Positions 39,248-52,272 of a stretch of 64,000 nucleotides of DNA are shown in pieces; position 1 is the stretch's first letter; the number at the start of each line of letters is the position of its first letter. Source of the stretch: Camelus ferus (taxonomy: Eukaryota); NCBI RefSeq assembly GCF_009834535.1, contig NC_045696.1, forward strand, positions 17,486,001 through 17,550,000. The letters are read 5' to 3'. The position numbers and the translations under genes are program-made. The notes beneath the pieces were generated by a model. The model was given only the letters and a program-made list of their open reading frames with translations, did not search any database and was not told where the DNA came from.

Positions 39248-39833
39248 AAAACTGTTATGTTACTGACCATGTGTTACATATAAAATTTTTTGTGACTACC
39301 CCAATATTGAGTAAATTTGTTGGTATTAAAAAAAAAAAAGATTTCCTTTCCAAGTAGTTGTGTGGTTTTGGTATTAATAGTATCCTGAAAAAACTTAACT
39401 CTTTTATTTATATATTTATTTCATTTCTATACAAGACACAAATTAATAAACACCATAAAATGGATTTTGGATTTAAAATAACACACCTGACATATAAAGT
39501 GTGAACTACATTTTGAAAAAAACATAAATAGTTAAGAAGTTTGCTTTTAATATATAAAGATATCATTGACCTGATTAAGGAATATTTATTTTTTGTTTGC
39601 TTGTTTTATTATTTGCACAGTTGAGAAGGTAGTAAACTGTCCATCTTGGAAGTAACCTAACTATTCTACAGAGGTGTAGTAAATAATATGAATAATATAT
39701 AAAAGACTTAAAATTCCCTTTGTTATTAAATAGCCCTTTCTATTCCCTTTTGTGGAAATTTTAAACAGAGTTTACAAATGTTTAAAGTAGTATAGATTAT
39801 GTATGTATGCACTTAAGAAAACATTTGCTTTTT

Positions 39834-39870
39834 GAAGACATTTTCAAATAAGAAGACATTTTCAAATAAG
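39834..39870. repeat. Perfect 18-bp tandem duplication
   Basis: gaagacattttcaaataa x2. Confidence 0.95.
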
Positions 39871-40308
39871 CAAATGTATTTTATTTCACATTTAAAATAA
39901 CATTCCTATCTATTCAGCAGTGGCAGGAATTCTTCAACAGAAAAATGTCAATATAGTATCTTTTTCTTTCCCATTGTGAGAGTTTAGAGACTGCCTTCAA
40001 AATATTTTCTTTAGGTAGGTCATGAAATCCTTTTGCCTATTAGGAAAATTATTTAGACCAATGCCAGTGAACAAACTATTCCTTATTTCTCAGTGACAAA
40101 AACAAAAGAAAACATATTTACAATGAATTTCAACGTCTAGGTCTTAGAACTGAAAACCTTATATTTAACCCTCGGATCAGTTTCAGTTTACTAGACACAT
40201 GGGAAATAATGAAATGAAAGAATAATCCTAACACCTTATCTTTGGACATGGTTAATACAAATATTTAGTACTTGGATTACACAGAAAAGAATTCCCATGT
40301 AATTGTGA

Positions 40309-40330
40309 TGTGTGTGTGTGTGTGTGTGTG
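40309..40330. repeat. (TG)11 microsatellite
   Basis: Read directly. Confidence 0.95.
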
Positions 40331-42374
40331 ACTTAATTGTTGACCATATAATTAATAAAACAAGCCACTTGTAATTAGCATGCTGTTTAAGGTGATACTT
40401 TAAGTCCCTCTTTCCTTTTCTTCCTTCCTCCTTCCTGCTTTCTTTGTTTATAAAATTTTAAAGAGGATTTCAGTTTCACTTAATGTTTTCAATGATGCTA
40501 TGCAGGGTTTTTGTTACATTAGAGAAAAGAGTTTAAATTTTCTGTATTACTATATAAGCTATCATATTTACCCTGGATTTAAATAAGTATTTTAAATTAC
40601 TTTAGAATAAATGTAGCCCTGAGTCCAGTTGCTGAATACTATTTTTAACTACATGACATTTCCCAAGTCACAAGAGATTTTGTGCAGAAGTCACCAACCT
40701 CCCATTTATTTTCCAAGGACACTTGTGAACTCCCCTGAGTACTTATTATTGTTGAACAGGAGGTGCTGGAGAAATTGCTAATTTACATTGCCTGAATTTT
40801 GTGAAGTCTGGACATTTTATCTCAGTGGAGGTCTGAAAAAGCTGAAGCATTATTTCTCACAGCAATGAGTTTCTTTTTTTCCAGGCAGGCATTTTGATGA
40901 ATAGCATGGGCAGCTAAGCACCTACAGCATTCTCTCAGGTTCAGTTCAGGTCATGCCAGTGTGTAGAGATAAGGACATAAATGACGTGTTGGCAATTTGT
41001 ACTATGATCTGAGAATGGTGTGAGGGAAAATTAAACCCAATGTTTTTATTTATAAAATCGATTGCATTTAGGAGCAGTTACAGAGAGCAGCAAAGACTTC
41101 TATCTCAGAGACAAGCTCTTGTCCAAGAGACGTAGAATAGAAGGTCCCACCATCCCTTCACCTTTTGAAACATTGTAGGTGTCCAGGAAGTTTGATTATT
41201 TTTAGGAGTGACAAGATGGAAAATGTGAATGTAAGAATTTAGATCACAGTTAAAATAGCATCTGGTGAGCAATTTAGCCTCCTTTTAAGAATATGAAGGA
41301 ATTTTGGAGGCCACCATGTTTCAATGACACTGACTGCTTGCTTGACTACCAAGGTTTTGTACAGAAGGGATGTGCTACTGCTAAAGATTTTCATACACGA
41401 GCTCTATAAATGTATATTTCTGATTCCCACAGTCTGAGCAAGATTTGACCACCCACCTAAACCCTTTAAATTATTTATGACCAGCCTATAAGATTTTATT
41501 AACAGAAATTATCATGTCTAATGAAGAGACCATGTTTCAGTGTGTGGTGACTCTTCCCTCATATAATTGATTTGACATCATTTTCAGATGGTACCTTGGA
41601 AAGGATGAACTAAAATGGCTAGAAGAGATGAAAATGCTCTGTTATCTCCTTTAGGAGAGAAAAGCTATGGGTAGAGAAATGCGGAAGTTTAATCCCTAAA
41701 GTTAGTTTCAAAGACAGATCCAGAATGTCCTGACTTCAATAACAGGTTGTTTACATGATGTCTGTTTTGCTGTGGGACCCACCTAAGTATTTTTCCAAAG
41801 GATACTGAAGAAGAGACATTGCACACTATATCAAAGAAGTTTACATAAGCAGAGGCATAAAAGATGCAATGACTGAGGGAATACTGGGAACAGAGAGGTT
41901 AGTTAAGGGTCTACTTCAGTTGTCAAGGCTTGGCCAAGAGTCTGGCTTTCAGAATTCTGTTCACAGTTATGAGACAAGGTGGAAACTGAGGGGAATAATA
42001 TTCAAAAAAATAAATAAACAAAACCTAGACACTAGAGGAAATTACAATCTATTCAGAACTAGAAGAAGATATCATATACTGCATTCTCAATCACACAAGA
42101 GGATATCAAGAAAGATCTAGTGAAAATGAAAATAACTCTATTTGTATTGGCATAAGATATTGCGTTAGGAGACTGGGACATAGAAAAAAATTATGTTCCA
42201 GGAATTGATATCAGAAATGTTTCAACATTTCCCAGAACAGTGGCCTTAACCAGACTCTTGTTGAAGCCATAGAAAACACTGGTAGTGAACTCTGCTCTCC
42301 TCTTAAACACAGCTCCAGCTTCTGCATTAATTCAGATCATAGCACAGCTCCCCAGCTTGACCTTGATAAGTAGG

Positions 42375-42668
42375 TGAGAAAGAGAGAGAGAGACAGAGAG
42401 AGAGAGAGAACAAGAGTAACACTTAAATATTTGAAGATGTTACACTGCTGGCTCTGAAGATGGACAAAGATTCTATGATTCAAGGAAAGTAGGCAGCCTC
42501 TAGAAGCTGGAAAAGGCAAATAAATGTCTTTTCTCCTAGAGCCTCTGGAAGAAATACATATTGATTTTAGAACTTCTGGCCTCTAAAAGTGTGAGATAAT
42601 AAATGTGTGTTGTTTTAAGACACAACATTATTGGTAGTTTGTTGCTACAGCAAAAAGAGACTAATAAA
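42375..42668 (+). mobile_element. MLT1D/E-like MaLR LTR, 3' half
   Basis: gaagatgttacactgctggctctgaagatgga...aggcagcctctagaagctggaaaaggcaa...ttctcctagagcctct...gataataaatgtgtgttgttttaag...tacagcaa...actaata. Confidence 0.85.
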
Positions 42669-44979
42669 GCTGGGAAGAAAGTTCCATTCTGTTTCCAGTC
42701 CCTCAGGTTGTTTTCTTGAATGTTCACTGGCAAGGTGTCTTTTTCTTATACCTGAAACTGCGCAGAAGTAGTTCAGGTGGAGGTCCATGGGTGTGCCTCA
42801 AATTGGGAATGGGTGAAAAAAAAGAAGGTTTTTATTTGAAGGATACTAAAGAGACTGAATTGACAGAACTTGGAAATAAGAAAACAAAACTAGTAAGAAG
42901 AAGAGACAAAAAGGATGAGTCTATTGGTTTATTGGACATTGGTTTTAAACTCCTTTGGATGACAAAGCTAGCAACATCATACTGAGAAACATCTATAAAC
43001 ACACAACTTAGACTACAGTTACTGATTTCACAGATGCTTTGGCCAGAGGTCAAATTTGTAGAGGAAATTTATGCATCCTAAGGTATGGCTTGGATGATCT
43101 ATAATATTTATTTTAATTCTACAATTCTATAATAATCATAAAACCTAGGAGTTAAGATACTCATGTAGCCAATGATAGACACAAAGAAGACATGAAGAGA
43201 TGATATTTTCTGAAGTAATGGGTGAAGAAGATGGGTACATGGGAAACAGAACAGATTTTGTTTTAAATGTGATTAACACTAGGTGCTGTTGGAGCCTGCA
43301 CGAGGAGATACTAAGTGGATCATCAAAAATGCAGAAGTGGCACTTGGCTAAGTGTTTAGGGCTCTAGATAATATCTGTGGGTAACACCCAACAGCAGCTC
43401 TGCAGCAGTTGAGACCTCTATGGGAAATTATACAAAAGGAAAACTGTAGATAGAAGAATGAGATTGATGGAGAGGATGCATTCCATATTTTTAGGATTAA
43501 GGAAATGAGGATGAGAAGGAGCTAGAGAATAAAGAGAGAAGTATGTGGCATCACAGAAACCAAATGAAAAAGAGAATTCATAGAAGGCTTCACAAATAGC
43601 TCATGTAAAGTAATTTTACTCTTAGCCTATTAGAGAATCTATGGAGATTGAGCTCTGTAAAGTAAAATAATTAAATCTACTATTTATGAAGGCAACGTTG
43701 ACATTGTTAGAGGGGAGACTGAATTCAAAGAGAAATTGAAGTCAAGGAGACCAGAAAGTCAGAGAACAATGGAAAAATATTTAACATCTAAAAAACCTAG
43801 CAGAAAAGTTAACTTAAAATTAAACTTTCTATTTTACTTTCTTTCAGTGATGAATGATGTATTTTTGAAAAATATGGTTTGGTTTGGTTTTGCTTTGTTT
43901 TTGGAGACTTAATTGCATAGTAATCTGTTTATAGAATTTGGGAAAATGGGTTGCAATGAAAATTAGTGTCACACCCAGATGATAAAAGATGCTTTGTGTG
44001 AAAAGAATGCAAAGACATAGAAAAAAACTAAGAAAACCAAATTTATAGGATTAAAACAAAACAAAACAAAGGTTGTCTTTTTGTTTAATTGTTCCTGGTA
44101 AGAAAATGAGAAAGAATGTTATTCTCCATTCTTGAAAACATGACAGTAGGAAGAATAGCTTCTAAAAAGAGTTTTCCTTGAGGCTCCATAACTTATGACC
44201 ATTTCAGATGCTTTTAAGTATCTGCCAACTTAGTATAATATCCTTTAAAGCAGAAATGTTGATACTTAAAATGATTTGTTTGGAGCTCTGTTTAGAGTAA
44301 AGAATACATGAAAATTCATAAAAGTACAGTGTTAGGATACCCAAAAAGATAAACTAGAAGATTTTAGAATATTCAGATTACCATGATCAGTATAAGAGGG
44401 AAGGAAGAAATGATAAAGAAATGACTGGATATGGGCCAATAGATGTAAATACTAAAATGAAGCCACTGAATTATCAAAATATTTGGAAAGTGAACTTACC
44501 AGAGCATCAGAAGAGTCTGATATGCTGATTGGTACTTTGTACATGTTAAAAAAAAAAAAAGAAGACCGTGACATATGTAAGTAATTTATGTGGGGAAACC
44601 GAAGATCAATTGTTGAAAGAAATTATGGCAGATCATAAATCCAGTAAGGAAGGGGTAGAATTGGTAACTGGGACTGCACAACTGTCTCTGATAGGGTCAT
44701 AGTAGTATGGGTAAGACTAGCAGTAGGACAGTAGCAGAGGTGGTGGTGTTGGCAGTTAATATGACTTCTAGGAAGCATTCGTTATTTTCTAGGTATTCTG
44801 AGTACTTTACATGTTTGAATCCATTTGTTTGTGGTGATAACCATGTGAAATAGATCTCAGTCTTACTCTTATTTTACAGACAAGACATGGGGTATAAAGA
44901 AACTAGCCCAAGGACACATACCCAAGGTCCATCTTCATGAAACCCAAGAGTTGGCCACCAAAAGCCAAGTGAATCAATC

Positions 44980-45408
44980 ATTAGGTTAGATCAGTCTTCG
45001 GTAGCAAGTAACTCAAAAGGTGTTGATGGATTGAAAAACAAAGATTAATTTCTACCTCACTGTCTATGGCAGGGCATCTCTGCATGTTTGTATTGTTGGT
45101 TTGCTTCTTCCATTTTCTTCTTTTCTTTTATTCTCAGACAGCCCCTATTTGAGCCTTTATTGATTAGCCTTGTAGAAGAGAAAAACAGCATATAAAGACT
45201 AATGGTAAAACTGTGTGATAGCTTTTAAAATATTTTTTTCAGAAGTACTTCATGTTACTTCCTCTCATATTTTACTGCTAAAGTATGTCATATGACCAAG
45301 CCTGGTGTTGATGGTTGGAAAGTACAATATTTCCATATAAAGGAGCTCTGGAATGAAAGATAGAACGATGAGTAATGAATACTTTGAACTGTGTTATACT
45401 CTACCACA
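44980..45408 (-). mobile_element. Old MLT1 (J/K/L-like) LTR
   Basis: cagaagtacttcatgttacttcctctcatattttactgctaaagtatgtcatatgaccaagcctg...ctaccaca resembles the antisense MLT1 5' part. Confidence 0.55.
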
Positions 45409-45738
45409 TAGGGCTATTGGAGTTGTATTTCACATTGTTCTAATTTTAATTGTCGTGGAAGGTAATCAGTGGACAGCTTGATTTAGTTTTACACCAAAGT
45501 GTTAATGTTATCATCCTAAAGATTGATGCTTGGTTTGTCAGTATTAACCAGATAAACATTCAAGTGAATAAAAGCTGGTAAATTGAGAGGGCTACAAATT
45601 TCTAGGAATAGTATGAGTATACTGTGTCTATATATTTGAGTTACAGAACCCTAAGAACCACACTGAGCAGAGCACCAGAGGAAAATACATTTAGACAATG
45701 TACCAAATCATATGGAACCAAAGTCTAAGCTGACCTGG

Positions 45739-46083
45739 TGTGGTACCAGCGGTGTATGCCACTCGGACCTTTATTCAACAAAGAACTTGCTCTTCAGTTC
45801 AGTGCATGCAGTTATCTGACACTTAGCATCTTTAGAATCTACCTCAGTTTTCAAGCCAAGATCATACTTCACCTGGGCAGCCCAAGTCAAGACTAGATTT
45901 GGTGGAGGTAATATGGTTTGGCCACTTGTATTCAATTCAGGACTCCTGCAGTGGATAATCCTTGCTCTGGAGCTCCTAACTGGGCTATCTTGTACTTTGT
46001 CAGACCTGCATTACAGTCTGAGCTTCTCTCTGCACAGTCATCTTCACCCCCTCCCCTTACCTTTCACAAGTTTCTGATCTCCC
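45739..46083 (+). mobile_element. LTR16C-like ERVL LTR
   Basis: aagaacttgctcttcag...cctcagttttcaagccaag...ggactcct...cttgctctggagctcc...actttgtcagacctgcattacagtctgag follows the LTR16 consensus order. Confidence 0.7.
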
Positions 46084-47012
46084 TTGTCAGCTGGTGCCCT
46101 TATTTGGTCAGTTTTGCTTTCTGCTCCTTTTAGCTTTGCAAGTGTTACTTTTAACTTCTTTTTGTTATTTGCTTTCTAGATTACCCAAGTGACAAATCAG
46201 GTGGGAGATCTTTCAAGGGAAGGATAGGTTAAAGCAATGAGATAAGAAAACATAGACATTGAAGATGGCTGAAGTAAGCACTGAGATTATCTTACCGGTG
46301 TACAAGGACCACTTTATAAGGTGTGCATCATGTCCTGACCTAGCTGATCTGATGCAACCTCATGGTGAGTTGCCTGGAGAATGCTCTGAAAACTGATGGG
46401 TACATTGGATGTTAATTCAGAAATAGTAGGAGGAGAGGACCAGAATGGATTTATATATAACATATTGTCTGGACTATGTGTTTTATTAGACTGGAATCTG
46501 GAAAATCATTGGAAAAGTAAAGAGTAAGGGAAATGTTTAGAAGAGACCAGGAAACAAAACCCAGATGGCCTGATTTAGTCCAGTAGCACAGGAAATTGAC
46601 AGAATGAATATTTTTTATGAAATGTTTGAAAGCCAGAACTGAGAAATCTCAGAGATTTAATCGAGTGGGGGAGGTAGTAGAGCAAAGGAGTAGAGCAAGG
46701 AAAAGAAGACAAGATGATTTCAGGATGACATCCTTCACTCACTAAATCAAAGTATTTTATTGAATTCTATTAAAAAATCAATGCAAATATCCTTATGAAA
46801 AATATGTATTAAATATTAGTTTGACAACTATTCTGTTGCTTTGGGAAATTAGTAAGTCTTTCAAAACTAGATGATTGACGTATATTTGTGCAGCTTCTGC
46901 AATAAATGCTACTGATATGAATAATGAGGTAATTGTCATAAAAATAAAGATGACTCTGTATAAAGTTAATTGATATAAAGTAAACTATAATGAGTTCTCG
47001 CACTATTAAGGA

Positions 47013-47529
47013 CGTTGTGTCTTTGTTGGAAGATGCTTATATAAGCTGTCAATGGGATGCAAGCAGCCTCCAAAATCAAGAGCCTCAACATCTCCAGCCC
47101 CCGCACACCTTTCAAATCTTTTGATCACACAACACCTTGCCCAACCAATTGGTTCTTTCTGTAGATCAGAGAAGTAGAAATAAAGGAGTAATTAACAGAT
47201 GACCAGATCTCTTCCCTGGCTTCCCTTCAGTAATCTTGAGAACAAATTGTGTAAACAAGATGACATCTAAAGAAAAGATCAGGAGAATTCTACAAGCCTG
47301 CACACAGTGGGGGGTGGTGATGCCTGTGACCCATCTCAGTGACTAACTGAGATTACTTCCCCTTTTCCCTATAAAACTCTCATGGCTGAGCAGAGTCTTC
47401 AAATATAATTTTGGGGGTACACTGAGTCCACCATCTCCCCAGATTGCCATCATTCTGATTAAAACACATTGGTCTCTCTTGGGTATTACTTTTTCAAGCA
47501 GCAAGCAGTTGAACCTGAGTTCGATAGCA
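47013..47529 (+). mobile_element. ERV1-type solo LTR
   Basis: TATA-like ccctataaaa, attaaa poly(A) signal and terminal gcagcaagcagttgaacctgagttcgatagca. Possible degenerate 4-bp TSD agga/aaga. Confidence 0.65.
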
Positions 47530-47967
47530 AAGACTCTGGATAAATTTTGATTTTGATCTTAGAACCTGTAAGATTTGCTGATAGATTGATGTGCTTTGGG
47601 AGAAAAAGAGAAAGGGGATGTTGTGCACAGGATTTTGGCCAAAAAGGATAATGGAGTTCCAGTAATCAGATCAGAAGACCATTGGAAGATTAAGTTTGGG
47701 AAGGAAGATCTGGAGTTTGGTTTTAATGATGAATTATTTTATGTTTGAGTTAATGTTTTAAAATAGAATAAAGGGAAATAAATGGAAACAACTGTAGGCT
47801 CTCTAGAGGAATTTTTCTGGAAAAAACAAGAAGAAAGTATGCAACAGCTGGAGGGAGCAGTGAGATACTGAGAGGCTTTTCAGACTGATTCAGTAGAGAA
47901 GAAGACTGATGGTGCAGAGGGATGAGGGGGTTACTGCTGGGACAGTGTCCAAAGTGAGAGAGATTGT

Positions 47968-48200
47968 TTATTTGCAAATAATTTGAAACTTAAAGAAAAA
48001 TTACAACAATAAGAAATATAATATTTCCCGATTCATCTGTTGCCATCATTTGACCCCATTTATCATTAGCCATTTCTCTCTCTTTTTCTTGGAAAATAAA
48101 TTAGCGTAGAAGTAGATGTAGTTATAAATACAGCTATAGATGCTAGATGTAGGTACACATGTAGATAGCTTTTCTGAACTATTTGAGAATAATGGCATTT
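47968..48200 (-). mobile_element. L1MC-like 3'-end fragment
   Basis: aaataatttgaaacttaaagaaaaattacaa...gattcatctgttg...tttctgaactatttgaga. Confidence 0.5.
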
Positions 48201-48979
48201 TGTTATTTAATTACTTATTAGGGAGTATGTTAGTTTAAGGAACTGACACTAAGAATCAAAAGGTTCAAAATACTCCTTCAAAACTTTTCTGAAAAAATGT
48301 TAAATTAGGTCTTATGGATAACACAGAAAACCCACAAGATGGCAGGAGTGCCACATATATTACATTTCTTGATTACTTTTCTTTGTTCATCTCTCCCTTT
48401 CCTCATCCAACATAATTTTACATTTAATGTTTTGTAAGTTTGAAATATATATGACTCAAGACACTCAAAGATAGATGATAACATAAATAGCTAAGACTTA
48501 AGAAAAAACATATAGCCAAAAAAAAAAAAAATCACACCCAGAGACTAATAGCAGTAAACTGTTCAAAATTAAATCCATTAACTGTATCTGGTGTTTAAAT
48601 TAAGGAAAAACACATTCACATAATAAAGCTACAAATCAGGAGGTCAGAAAACTGTAAGAACAATACTTTTCAGTGTACAATAAGCAAGGCTTTTAGAGTT
48701 GCCGCCATTAAATGTAGGTTTTAGAAATATAATATTAGCATATTATAGGTATATATGCATAATAAGTAATATAGTATATATCAATATTTGTGTATATTAC
48801 ATACCTATCTACATATATGTACACATACAATATATTAATATTCTATTTATAAAACCCATGCCTTGTGATTATAACTTTGAGAAAAGTTATTTATATAAAA
48901 TCCCTAAGGAACACTTGCATGTTTACTTTCAGAAAGATGAAGATTATAATGGTCATTTTATTTGCAGGAAGTCTACAAG

Positions 48980-49165
48980 TAGTGGGCTGAAGTTTAACAA
49001 CACAAGAGCTGTTCAGTTTCACAGGCTTTGAATCCAGGTTTCCTCTCTTACTTGATGAGTCACTTTCTAGTGCTGAGTTTTAGCTGTAAAATGGGAAAAA
49101 TTATACCATTCCTGTAGGGTTTGTCATCAAGGACATCACATATAAAATGCCTCATGTATGACAGT
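48980..49165 (+). mobile_element. MIR SINE
   Basis: tttgaatccaggtttcctctcttact...agctgtaaaatgggaaaaattataccattcctgtagggtttgt. Confidence 0.6.
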
Positions 49166-49792
49166 GAGAAAAAAGTCCCTCCTGACATTCACAGGCTTGT
49201 TTGTTGTTTTTTTATTCGTTTGTTTTTGTTTTGTTTTTAGGTTTCCATCAAAATGTATTCGGTTAACACCATCCGGTTTCTGGTTCCAGTGCAAGTGGCA
49301 TTCTTGTGGGCGTTCTTGGATAACTGGAACTAACGTAGATGGGACCCCAGACAGCCAGATGCTTAGGGAGGTCAATTTGGGTTTTGGTTTGGCACTGGGC
49401 TCAGCTTCTTTTTCTTTTCTATATTCCAGAGTCCAAGTTCTAAAAGTTTAGGAGTCCAACTAGGTAAAAGTAATATTTATAGAATTAACCATCATTTTTT
49501 AAGTGACTTTCTTGTGAGGAAACCAACTTTTTTCTTGACTTAGAGTCCTCATCCAAGTAATATAATTGAAATTTAATTCCCCAAAGAATGACCTTTGCAA
49601 AGGAACTCTTACCCCATGTAGCTTTGTGCCCTTAGAGGAAGGATATGGATCTGACTTACAATGTGTGAGGATCTGCAGTACTTAGCACTCATTTTATTTT
49701 TGAATTAAAGAAACTACGTTTTATTCTCTTAGCATTTGTTTCTTCAGTGCATTCACTATCTCTATCTACTTGTTAGTTTCTTTTTCTTCTCA

Positions 49793-49888
49793 CTTTTTTT
49801 AAATTGAGGTATAGTTGATGTAGAATATTATAGAAATTTCAGGTGTACAACATAGTGATTCCCAATTTTTAAAGGTTATACTCCTTTA
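49793..49888 (-). mobile_element. Short L1 3'-end insertion
   Basis: ttttttttaaattgaggtatagttgatgtagaatattatagaaatttcaggtgtacaacatagtgattc. Confidence 0.85.
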
Positions 49889-52241
49889 ATGCTGTTGCCA
49901 GCTGTGTTTCCCTGCAGGAGAGGAAGCTTTGTTCACTGTTTTGAAGTCTTTCTCATCTTTCTGTCATAAAACATAACGGTCTTTGTAAAGGCTTATTTTT
50001 TGTTCTCACATGTTTAATTATGCACTTATTACATTAGACATATGATGACTTATTCTCTGTAGTGTTCTCCAATATATCATAGGAAAAAAAAGAGTGAAGA
50101 AGGTATTTAATCAGTAAGCAAGACATTCTCTTGATCCTTGCATGTCATTGACTAAAGAGCTGACAGTCACAGCACAGGCTGCCTCTCACCGTATTACTCT
50201 GCAGACAGGGAAGAGACTGACTCACAGACTGTGCTTTCTAACTTGGGTCCAAGCAAGAAATTTGATGAGGTTCTATACAGATTACTTATTAGCACACCAA
50301 GAAGGAATGAGGTTGCCTATATGAAAACAGCCCCAATGGGTGTATGCTCTGGACAAAGTCCAGTGGCAAAGATGCTGCAAGGATGCTCAGTAATCAAAGA
50401 CGTGAACATGATAATGGCTTTACATCCACCTACATTTGATTTCAGGAAAGAAATACTTTGAAACATCAAAGAAATGTGAAAAAAATGGTGGGAGTGCGAT
50501 GGGAAGAGAAAACAATAAAGAAAAATGAATGTTACAGTAAAGATATGAATGTGATTATTGCATGAGATTTGTGAAGAAAAAAAATTGAGAGAATGCTCCA
50601 AAGAGAAGTATATTTTTGAAGGGTAAAAGGGGATAGAGTGGAAAATGGAAAATAATTGGAGAATATGCTGAAGAAAGAACTGTCTGCATGAGTTAAATGA
50701 CAGTAATGCTGATAAATATTTTGTTATAAGTAAATTGTGTAAGGAACACTTTTGATCTTATGAGTATTAAACCATAAAAGGATGTCAGGCATAATTTAAT
50801 TGGTTAATTGTTCAGTTGGTTTCAGTAACTCAATAGACTTGAGGATTTTAGGACTCTTTAATCCCAATTGATGAATTCAATTTCCCTACACCCAGTCATC
50901 TTCTAAGTATAGAGATTCATGTAGGATAATAAAGATATAGATGTTCTTTAGCTAGATCAGCTTGCTATCAAAGTTGATTTAATACTTAAGAAGCACAGTA
51001 TTCATTGTTCATTTTCAAAGCCCTTTGAATATCAATAATGGTTTGGAAATATCACTGTTGGTTTTCCATTCCTTATTTCCAATTCAGTTCAGTTACGTCT
51101 GGTTAGACAGCCTTTTTATTCAGATACATTGGGTGAGACTATTCTTCTTGATAGCACCATCTGCTTGGAACATGTGAAGGAAAGGGCACTAAGATTCAAG
51201 ATGTGAGGCTACAGAAGGAGTGAGTGAGGAGGTGGGAAAGAGGATGCAGCGCTGGGAACCTGCTGAAAGGTAGAGACCAAATTCTAAAATAATTTGGCAT
51301 ATTCGGTCAGGTTATTCACCTAAGAAAGTGGTCCAGCATGCAGGGGCTTCACATCCGTAGGTCAGGAAAGATGTTTAACTTTTAGTTGGAGTCTCAGGCA
51401 ATTTTAGATTATTCCAGGAATTTCATGAAAGAAAGGGGAAAGGAAAAATGAATATTCATGACAAGGAAGGTGAACCAAAAATGACATGAACAATCCAGTC
51501 CAAGCCCCAGGCAGTAGTGTGGAGTGCAGCACAAAACAGATGCTCTACAGCAATAGGATCAAGGATGATGAAGTAAGTTATTTGGATCCCAGACATCCAA
51601 GAAACTCAGCTAGGGATTAAACTCTTAAAGTGGGACAGATTGCCAATTCAGCTCAGAGATAACTGATCCATCTCTGCATCAGCACACGCACAAAAACATT
51701 TTCTTCCATACTTACTGGATGAACTATATAATTTCTTAAATTCTAAGGGGCTATCATTTCCTTGGCTTCAGGAGAAGTGTTGAGCAGCCCAAACAAAACT
51801 CAGACCTTGATCTAAACAGATGGATGGGGTCAGGTGGAGGAAGTGCCGATAAGGCTTCCATATCCCTATTGATGTTGTGGTCCACCAGGGTCATACCCAT
51901 AATTTCTGATGCCTTTAGGAAGCACATCCCAAACAATAATTCATATCATTACTTGCTTTTCTTAAAAGTCCCACTACTTATTTAAATACTTAGTTCATGG
52001 CAAATCGTACTAAAATCTGTCTTCTTTTCCATTCTCCAACTGCTCCTAATTCCTAGGAGGACGTTTCCAGCCTCCTTACCCATCCACTTCAGTCTCTGCC
52101 TTCACCTCATCTCATCTACCTCTCACTCTCTAGTGCTCACTTATGACATAAAGCCATTGTGGCTGCCATCATTTGAAGTAGTCTTAGGCATATGATTTAT
52201 CTTTTCTGGTTGTTTTCCTCAAAGATAAAACCTGCATGGCT

Positions 52242-52268
<27 letters not shown>
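52242..52268. repeat. (TG)13 microsatellite
   Basis: Read directly. Confidence 0.95.
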
Positions 52269-52272
<4 letters not shown>

